The notes under the pieces: generated by a model
What the model was told of the DNA's origin: nothing
What the model saw: only the letters and a program-made list of their open reading frames with translations
Database searches by the model: none
NCBI RefSeq assembly: GCF_000150275.1
Contig: NW_002060961.1
Coordinates: 1,082,172-1,146,171 of the forward strand
Direction of reading: 5' to 3'
Length of the DNA: 64,000 nt
Source: Trichoplax adhaerens
Lineage: Eukaryota > Animalia > Placozoa
Part shown: one piece after another, positions 53,962 to 64,000 of the stretch
Layout of the letters: each line of letters opens with the position of its first letter
How positions within the stretch are numbered: the first letter of the stretch is position 1
Made by a program: the position numbers and the translations under genes

Positions 53962-56900
53962 GATGAATTGATCTTGTTGGCTAGACTTGTTATTAAATGA
54001 GCGATGGCAATTTCTTGTGACGAAATGAAATTAGATTAAGGATGCCAACTAGAAGAATAGTCGCCTAACTCTTCAATATTCAAGTTATCAATTGGCTACT
54101 GAAGTACGTCAAATTCTCTTGTACACCTAATAATTAAGGGAAAAATTGCAAGATAGAATTGGTCCGGTTAGTCATGATGACACAGAAAGATGAATTGATC
54201 TTCAGTCTTGAATAAGATGACAGCAATTTACAGACAAATACGAATCATAGTCGCCATTAGCATATTACTTATGGCAATCGTATAATAATAAACAACCATC
54301 TCTCCCAACAGTAAGCGAACATCAATCAATACGGCAGTTTTCAATTCATCGTTATCAACTAATCAGAATACATTGGTCGCCTCAATAAAAAAGTTTTGAC
54401 TTAAGCGATGAAATGAAAGTACGTATAGGCTTCCTATTTCTATTTTTTATTTGTCATATCAATGGAAAATACAAATATTATTCTTTCCCAACTCCAGCTA
54501 ATGAAGAATGGAACGGTACCTACGTCTAGTCTTCTCTATCCTCGATCATTATGCGACTAATGATAGTTTAGTGCCTATTTTGGCATCATTGAATACTATC
54601 GAGTAGACTAGATCAATTCCTCTTTCATCACTTATCAATCAATAACAAAAAAAAATATGTAACAATCAACTTCTATTCAATAGTCATGTAGAACAAATAA
54701 ATGCAAGTATTATCTCGGTTATCATTTTTTCCATTTTTTTATCTATCAATTCAATAGATAAGGAGCGACATGATGTGATCGAACTGTCAGAATCCCAATA
54801 GCCTGCAGTGATGATCATGCATATTATTGTTGACGATAGAATGAATCATTGACCGATTTGATGTCTTATAACGGATCTTTTCTCGATATACAGAGACTCA
54901 ATTAGTCTATATTGACTTAATTATTGTCTTGGCTGATATAATAATATTGACTTGGTTACAAGAAAAATAAATAACTTGATCATTAAATTGACTCAAATCG
55001 ATCGAAGTCGATTAGATAACCTCTTGAATAATTAATAAGTTATACAGATTTAGATGGGATGAAATCAAAATTAAAAACAAAAAAGAATGATGCTAAAATC
55101 TGTAAAATTGCCAATTTGATCATCTTAAAAAAAATTGACATAATGCTAGAAATGATGTGTTTCCATTTTTTTTTTAAGGGGGGGGGGCTATTTTTTGATC
55201 TAATGACTTCTTCAACAAGAACAGAGAGTAATCTAGTTGAACTTGTGATTCTCCCGGCTAAGCTAAGCGACTGTCAAGGCAATAATAGCTAATAAATGAA
55301 TTACAACAATGTCGAACTATAATTTAAATTGAATGCAAGACTGATTGAATATCGTCGTTGACGTCTAAATTGAAATTATTATTCTTACCTTCGTCATACC
55401 TTTTATTCAGTATTATAGCTACCCAATATTGCCATTGGCAAAACGAGTTAGGGATATTATGAAATGCACGATAGTTATACAGTGTCAAAAAGGACTAAAA
55501 TTTTCACCTTCTTTCCCTTCGTAAATACTGAACATTTGTCCTGTTGACTTTCATCAATGCAATTGTTTCAAATCAATATCGTATTTTTATTCTATGTGTA
55601 AACCATATTTTAATATCATGACAAGGTATTTTATAGCCATTCGTATGTATTTTACTTTTCTTTTCTTTTTCGTTCTATTATCACACAGTCATTGACTTTT
55701 TCATTTATTTATTTAATGGTTGAAATAGGATCGTAATATTGATACGGATAAGATATGTTCCGATAAATAATCGTTTTTAACTTTCGTCATCGTGATCTTA
55801 AAGATCGATTCATAAAATTCTTTAAATGAAAAACACTACATTTTTATGAAGGCTATACTTACAGTTTGGATAGCAACAATATCTACTATCGGACTGCCTT
55901 AATAGGAACTTGAAATATTAGATCAATCAATAACATTAATGAGAACTTTTATTTCTCCTCAGTTCAATTTTAAATTGAATGATGTAGATATTTTCTATTT
56001 TGCTTTCCATCATCACCTACTGGAATTTTCTTCCAATGTATCACTAAGAATGACGTCGATAGGGCAGATTCACTAATTAAGGCTAAATTATCATTAATTT
56101 ACCTTGACTATAGAAAATTGAAAGGCATTGATTACGAGCAGCGGTAGAATAATACCGTTTAGGGTAATCTTGTTCATGGCGATCAAGACTGAAATGAGTT
56201 CCTATTGCTATCAATCGGCTACCATCACTGATTAGATTTTCAACTGTTGATACTTGTAAATTAGGATGATGATTTTATAATTGCTGATTTTTTTTATCTG
56301 TTCGTAAGAACATGACTAATAAAAACAACAACAACAACAAAAAATTACTTGGAAAACTACAATAACTCAAATCATTGAGTATTATGACGTGATGATTATT
56401 GAAAATGTTTATCGGACAGCAGCGTCAAAGACAGTTGATATTGCTATTAAAAGGCGACAGTAGCTGATTATAGTAGCCTAAATTGATTTGATGTCTTTTA
56501 ATGTTAACCAAGAACAGTCATTAGATAATCTACCAAAGCTATCTGACTGATAATTGAATAGTAATTCTATTCAATTGAACATGATAAATTAGCGTTCCAA
56601 ACGATATTGCGAAGCTATCGACATCTACTCTGGCTGACATTATACTTTGATGTTAATGGACACTCTATAGAGGAATACTTTCCTAATAATAATTAACATC
56701 ATTATGCTGGAGTACCAATATCATCGCTGTCATCATCATTAAATTAAGTGATTGCTATGATCCTATCATGAACAACTCGCTACTTTGACAAATTTGATAT
56801 TGAAAATGTTGTTGCTATCACATTAAGTTAACACTATAACTGTCAATCGATTTTGACAGAAGCGCTGCGACTGCGATGACTAATTCTATTAATATGATCG

Positions 56901-59900
56901 TAAGATAATTAGGCCTATTAAATAACATGTTGTGATTCATGATTAATATAACATATAGATACAGTGAACTATTATAGGAAATGATGAGATTAAATAAAAA
57001 AAACCCAGATAATCAAATACTGCTGATTGTATTGGTCAATTTTAAGATCGAGTAGAATAAAGATGAATAATTGATAGAAAAAATACATCGCGTATCATTG
57101 CCCATTTTTCATCGTTAAATAGTATTTAGAAACGTTTTGAGTTCAGTACGGCCGCTTACACGGGGTATTTAATGTAGACAATGATGATCTAGCAGTTCTA
57201 TCAAGTATTCTCTAGTTAGATATATTAATAAAATTAGATGCGATCTGTTAACTATCATGGGAACTGCTGTATTAAATTAGACACAACCAATAAACTAGAT
57301 AAAAATTTAAACGGATTCTAATCCGATACCGACACGATAGTTTTTCTCATCGCTAAATGTCATCATGGCAAGATGATGGCTTTACTTTAAATATGGGTCT
57401 AACTAATAAGTAGGATAATTACCCAAAATTATATTCTTAAATTATTTTGACCCTACAACCCACCATATGAGAACTTTTGCTGTTTGACGAAAAATTACAT
57501 GTTCTCTATCCATTATTTTCAATTGTAACGACTAAGTTCGCATATGACAGGATGATACCAAAGATATTAAGCTAGACTTACTTTAATATAGATGATGATC
57601 AAAAGAAATAAGATGCTTGATATAAAGGATAGTTTTAGTCCGATTCCCCGTTCTCAATGTTAATCTTCCAACAGGATTGATTTTGATCTTTTTGTTTAAT
57701 GAATTCAATTCAATCAACGGTCGTATTAGTCCAGCTGTAATTCAAATAGTGCAATAGCCCAAATTAATATAGCTGATCTCTTCAACTGGTCATTCAGCTA
57801 GATGTTTTCCCTTCATAGTTAAGAATGGAATTAAATGATAATTCTAAAAAATATAAATTACAGTTGAATTAGATGATAATAAATAATAGCAAGTTTTTCT
57901 AGCTGATAGCCAATTATTTGTTAATTGATCAGAAACAATCAGGTCGCTTTATAGGTAGTTAGGCTTTAGTATTTTTTTAGCAGTCTTTTTTACCTACGAT
58001 AATTGTAGCTCTGCTTGTAAATGATCTTTAGATGTCTAGAAGATTTCAAATCACTTGGAAAAGATACAAAGTGAATATTTTTAAAATCATTCTAATCCCA
58101 ATTATCGAGCTACGTATTACTCCAACTTGATTACCGTACTTGCTACAAAACAAATTAGTTCAATTGCATTACCTATTCGTTTCTTTCTTCGATCTATATA
58201 TCCGAATTACAAATATTAGGCGTTGACCAATAGATATTGTAGCTGGAAGTCAATTCCTTCAATCGTACAATGTCAGAATTATTTGTCGAATGGTGTTATT
58301 TGGTTGATTAATGGTGTAAAAAGCATCGAATCAAGCTAAATTAGAATGATCAGAGTAATGTAAGTGCTGATTTTTTTCTTTCTCTTTCCTAAGATAACGT
58401 TCAATAAGAGGTTAACCATGAGTTTCAGAAATGGCTGATAGCTATTTTGACAATCGAGGCTGGTTGTCCTGCTGTTTTCATGACACTGTCTTACTCAACG
58501 GTATGTTAACAAATGACAGGAGTGTCTAAAGGGAGAAGAAAATAAGCTAGAGGGTGGAGGAAAATAGTATTCTGATCATTGTTTACCAGGTTATGACCAA
58601 CTGTGCAAGCATTGTAAAAATAGACAAAGAAATGACAATAGTTAAAGCTAACAAGATCATCCATCTTATTTGGATTCAATATCTCCAAGCTTGATTAGAC
58701 AACAGCAAGAAAGGATAGTATACAACTAAAGAGAGGAAAACAGTCAAAAAATAAAAAATACCATCTGTATCAATAGTAAACCAAAGTAATAACAGCTTGA
58801 AACAATAACTAAATCGAATTTCAAGTCTAGTTCAAACTAAAGATGTTGATAGTTAATAAATTTTGAAAGTATATGAGACGCCATCGTTTATAACGATCAG
58901 CGTATGCGTCTATATCTTAATGTATTCATATAGATAATATTATTTTTGGTAAAAATAGAAGCAAAATTTTGATTCTGTTATCTTTGTCACTAATTCCGAT
59001 CGGCTATGAAAAATGAAAATATTGTTTGATTATCATGCAGTCAGTATGGCATATTGACTACCATCGTAATAACAATCTTTATTACTCTAATAAAGGTTGT
59101 CGATATAATAGCACTATAATAATAAGTATAATTACTGATAATGACAAACATAAATTGCACCACACTTAACCAACTGAAATTATTCGTATTTAACCTTATG
59201 CAAAATTGATATAGATTGACAAAGATTGAAGATAAAATTATAAAAATTTTATCCGACTGAATTGTAGGGGAAGAGGTGGATTAAATATTTGCAATTATAT
59301 TACTGCTATATCATTTCTATTAATTGAAGTAGATAGAACAAAACTTTATATCAATCGAATAGAGATATACAGTGCATATACGTATATCATATGGATTGAA
59401 GTTATTCGACTGAATGAGTTAGATACGATGTTATACAATTTGTTGAAATTAAGTAACTCATTTATCAATTTATTGCATAGAAATGAAATCATTACCAAGA
59501 CGAGGCAAGCTGAACATATAGGTTTAACTAGTGAAGAATAATATCATCATTCGAGGATAGGTCTTTCAACAATAATAGAGATTTAATTATTTTTTATGCA
59601 GGGATAGGTTGTGATAGATTTTTGATGAATGATAATGTTATACTGTAAATTAGCCAATTTGAATAGATTATTTGAACTCATTTAGTTATTATGAGCATCG
59701 CATTTTTTTCTCCAATTGATGTATTATATTTTCCACCCCCTCATTTTTTGGTTATTTTACTGAAAAAGTGGATTCAATGAGCCGTATTGTCTCATCTGAT
59801 GATGATATAAAAATAACAATCAAAAGTAACTTGTTAGAAAGACAATGATTGAATTTGAATAATTTTCATCTCGTAAAAATAACTCTTATTCATTCCAATA

Positions 59901-61809
59901 ATTCTATCATTGTAAATATCATTTCTTCTTAGTGGCTATTGACTAACCAATCCTATTTAATGTACGCAGGAAGGAGCTTATTAGTCATAAAATAGTTTAC
60001 AATTAATTTTCTAAATTAATTTCAATTATTGTCATTTTCATCTTTATCATGCCATATCATAAATGTATTTTATTAATTTTTTGAATTAACATACAGCAAT
60101 TTTATAAGAGCTGTTAATTTTACCTTATGCCTTTGATCAGTACTTCTATTTGCTTTTAATTCAAACCATTGGAATCTAACAGTACACTATAATATACTGG
60201 ACATTTTTACTATTTGAGCCGGATTTATTTCAGAATAGATACAAATAGAAATCAATCCAAACCAATGTGATAATGGGCAAAATTATTTAAATTTGCATTG
60301 TTTTCGAGTATCACCTTTTCTTGAATTAGAATAAATCATGTAGCTGATTTATATTTAAAAGTTGCTAGTATTTATAAAATATAGCTAGGTATGAATAACG
60401 TTGCAGTCATAATAAATATTTTATTATTATGAATGTGATATGTCATCTGACTGAGAGAAAAGATTAATGCTATACCGCCAATTATATTTTGTTGTAATAT
60501 CTTGGTATCCTTATAGCAAGTTCAAAGTTTAAATTAAACACCTTTTCTTGAATAGAGAAACGAATAACTTTTTTTAGAAATTATCAAATAGCCCTTTACT
60601 AGCTTTAATTCTTTATTTTGTAATAAAAAATCTTCATCATCTTTTAAGTAAAAAAATAGTTTATTAGATGTGGTTTTTCTAAAACTTTCACTTCCTTATA
60701 CGATTTTATTGTATTACATATATTTGTTATGGGATTATCGATTTTTACTACCGGCTAAATTTCTATATTTTGATTATTCATTCTGGAAATGTTAGCGAGA
60801 GTTTTAAAATTTAACGCCTGCTGTTTCAATGATAAATAATGGAGTAATGGCTTTTATTAATTTTTGTGGCCTTAATTGATAATATTATTGAGCTAGTATA
60901 GTCAATAAACTCTTATTACAACTTGGAATTTCTAAATGAAGGCAAATAGAAATCAATTTTATAGCTGGAATATTTCGATAAACGCTGAAATGGGAAATTT
61001 ATTTTTTATTAGAAATATCTGCCGTAGTCTTAAAACTCTCTTGCAAGGTCTCTCAGATCCATGTCTTTAATTTTTATCGGATATTAAAACACTTTCCCGG
61101 AAAGCACACCCTAAAAGATTGCTTCATGATACTCCAAACAATGGTACCATGATTATTGGTTCAACAGATTCAAAATTACTTCTTTTAATTGGAATAGTGA
61201 AATTATTTACCGTAATGTAGTGCAGGTGCTTCGAATAGGCTATTAATTAGCCTAGGCGGAATAAAATTTCAGTTTCAGACTTATTTATAAAAAACCGACT
61301 CATAGATAATAAAGTGGCGATTTGTGTCAATATTGAAGGTTTTATGTTATAGCTGTCGACTAGACAATAAAAATCTAAAGAATAACTAGGCAATCATTTT
61401 CTTAATGAAATTAGTTATGATTTACCGGTGTAGCTGGACTGAATTTGTGGCAATATCACTTAGGTTTATGTTACCTAACTACGATTACGATTACGATTAC
61501 TATCTTGAGCCGAATATGGTTGTTTTCTTCATATTTTCTCTTATTTAGATTGCCTAGACAGCGAGTAGATCATGGTACTGTATAATTAGATCACCGCCTA
61601 TCCAAATCGTATTAACATCTCTGTAGCAATTCTAAATGTTTTATCGAAATTTATTATAAAGAAGTGCGATAGTACTGATATAAGCAGTAGTTTGAGCTGT
61701 GATATTTTTTAAAAGCCGAAACTGAAGCATGCATTATTCTCAACTCGCCTAGGAATAATATTATTCTAGATTAAGTTTGACGCTACTATTTTATTTAATT
61801 TTCAGTGAT

Positions 61810-62440
61810 TGTTACAGTGTTATATACTGTATTACAGTAGAAATATCTATGTTAGGATAATTCTATTAGACTATCCTTATTTAGTTAACTTCTAATTTGG
61901 ATATACTGTGTTTTAATATAGCACTGACTTTTTATGACAGTGACACTTATACACATACTGAAATTAATAGTTATAATAGGGAATGCAAATCATCTACTTA
62001 CAGCTCGAATCATTGTGATTGTAATTTACTTATGGTAGATTGTAAATTATCATGGAAATGTTCCGTGATAGGACATATCGTAATCTGACTATTCTGTATT
62101 AGTCATTATATGTCTATGTTCGTAAATACTGTTGTCTGCATTAAGGGAGCAGTAGCTAAAATTAATATCTAATTCAGTAAATGATTCTAATGTTAATTGT
62201 ATTAACTATGACTCATGAACTATTGAGGAATAGTATATAAATGCAGTATATCGTGAAATAAAGAAGAATTGTCCAACTTAGTGTTTAACGTAAAATACAA
62301 AGCGTTTAAGTCTTTGTGTAGTCTGCTAGTAGAGCAAAAGTGTTTGTGATAGTGCAGATATCGTTCCTTGATACGTGGTTCAAGGAATTGACTTATTGAT
62401 CATAGATTGCGTTATCTTGTTGAAAAGCTGTTTTGTGACA
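61810..62440 (+). mobile_element. Solo LTR, copy 2 (631 bp)
   Basis: Same TGTTACA...TGTGACA termini, a perfect 5-bp TSD GTGAT (61805-61809 and 62441-62445), and ~98% identity to 49320-49950. Confidence 0.88.
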
Positions 62441-62897
62441 GTGATATTTCTAGTAATTAAAAAATGCACTTAAAATAGCGGTAGCTTTAGCTATCTGCGT
62501 GAACTGTGATCGCCAATCAGCCTTGAAAAGCCGCATTATTTTCTATCTGTTTGAAAATATAAACATTAACGTTCGTATAAGTAGTGAGTACATGATTTAA
62601 ATATTATCTGTAATCAGTTGCTAAATAAGGAGAAATGTTCAAATTTAAAATTTCAATAAGTTATGAAACAATAACTAACTCCAATGCAGGCTCGTTATGG
62701 TCACCTTTCAATTACTACAATAACACAAGGAACTCAATATTAGTCATTTCTCATTCGGTGCTGTGGATTAATTAAACAGCGACAATTAGTCAGTTAATCT
62801 CTATTTATAGCAGTGAATGTTTTAAAAATAATATTTACAATTAGTATAGATTGAAATTAGACTGTTATGACTACGTGTCCGGCATCAGACATAATAC

Positions 62898-62947
62898 NNN
62901 NNNNNNNNNNNNNNNNNNNNNNNNNNNNNNNNNNNNNNNNNNNNNNN
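62898..62947. other. Assembly gap (50 N)
   Basis: Run of N adjacent to a repeat. Confidence 0.99.
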
Positions 62948-63400
62948 TCAAAGCTATTTTTAGTACAGTGTACTGTACTGTACTGTACTGTACTGTACTG
63001 TATGTACTGTACCGTAGCCTACGAAACTTCATACTGTACACTGTACAGGACAGTACCATACAGGATGATGCAGCAAGCTGTATCATGACCAAGTCTAGCT
63101 ATTATACTGTACTGTACAGTACTGTACGGTGTAGACATACAGTACTTAGAACAGTCATGGTACCCTAGCGTACAGTACTGTACAGTATTGTACTGTACAG
63201 TACTGTACAGTGTACAGTACAGTGTACAGTGCGTAGTAGTACTGTAATCAAAGCTATTTTTAGTACAGTGTACAGTACTGTACTGTACTGTACCGTAGCC
63301 TACGAAACTTCATACTGTACACTGTACAGGACAGTACCATACAGGATGATGCAGCAAGCTGTATCATGACCAAGTCTAGCTGCTATACTGTACGGTGTAG
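62948..63400. repeat. ACTGT/ACAGT-rich tandem repeat, 300-bp period (one full plus one partial unit visible)
   Basis: TCAAAGCTATTTTTAGTACAGTG at 62948 and 63248. The block CCGTAGCCTACGAAAC...CAAGTCTAGCT is repeated, with (TACTG)n tracts of variable length. Confidence 0.9.
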
Positions 63401-64000
63401 GCGTTCAACACCCCACCGTACGGTAGTCAGAATTGTGTTGATGTCGCTGAAAGTGTTTCGTCATCATGTAGCTTCAATCACAACAAATCGAATCCTGGCA
63501 ACCGGCCGCGATAGGCTACAGCAGCAGCTTGAATGGTGATGGAGTTCCCTCAATTAGGCCAAAATTGCTCCAATCCTCAATGCTCAAGATTAGGTAGATG
63601 GCCACCATTGACATCAGTGATAGTACAAGTAGAGTAGAGAGTACTGATACCTATTTTTCAAATGCAGTTGCTACTTGCTTGCTACAATCTTACTGTCAGG
63701 GATGATGTTGATGACATTGTTTTGCGGATAGGATAGGGATGGCATGATCAATGAATAGGCTCAATTTGCTTTGCAGTTGCTAATCGATCTTATTAGAGAG
63801 GAAAAGATGTGGGAAATGCCACAATTTGTACTAGACTCATTCTATTAGTAAATAAAAGCTGGAGTCAGCATGCTGTAGTTGAAGAATATCCCATCTCATA
63901 AATCGCCATGACGCCAGTTGATAGTCTTGCCCTAGTATGACTTACCTTCCATTCGAGGTGCTGTAAAATGGTGTGTAGAAAGTACTACTGACGTAGCCTA

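Noticed and set aside
58587-58725. Minus-strand exon-like segment encoding a signal-peptide-like stretch (MILLALTIVISLSIF)
   Set aside because: It could not be linked to any downstream coding exon; may be a UTR exon or chance hydrophobicity in T-rich DNA.
49320-62440. A single 13-kb LTR retrotransposon carrying a captured GPCR
   Set aside because: Outer flanks (CAATG vs GTGAT) do not match, each LTR has its own TSD, and no gag/pol or obvious PBS/PPT is seen.
63946-63960. 15-nt minus-strand micro-exon candidate (cattttacag|...|gtaagt)
   Set aside because: At the window edge; no gene model can be supported.

Overview
AT-rich, gene-sparse eukaryotic genomic DNA with GT-AG splice signals and one 50-N assembly gap (62898-62947). 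It is most consistent with a placozoan (Trichoplax-like) scaffold; this is an inference from base composition, intronless class A GPCR clustering and ACAGT/ACTGT pentamer tracts. The window holds four intact class A GPCR ORFs. One is neuropeptide-receptor-like (3967-5361). The other three (15217-16365, 40617-41702, 52894-53961) are paralogues of an orphan family that has lost the canonical Na+-pocket residues, and a frameshifted fourth family member lies at 35718-36712. Two ~98% identical 631-bp solo LTRs (TG...CA, each with its own 5-bp TSD) bracket one GPCR gene. A GC-rich island (16.9-18.4 kb) carries two ~325-350-bp hairpin/ACAGT units followed by five tandem ~135-bp units. Each of the five folds on the + strand into a long G:U-rich, pri-miRNA-sized hairpin with pairing-preserving substitutions between copies; this is the most unusual element seen. 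Low-confidence relics of a receptor guanylyl cyclase, a cAMP-receptor/TMEM116-type 7TM gene and an SK-type K+ channel suggest a birth-and-death zone for signalling genes. All alignments and folds were done by eye.
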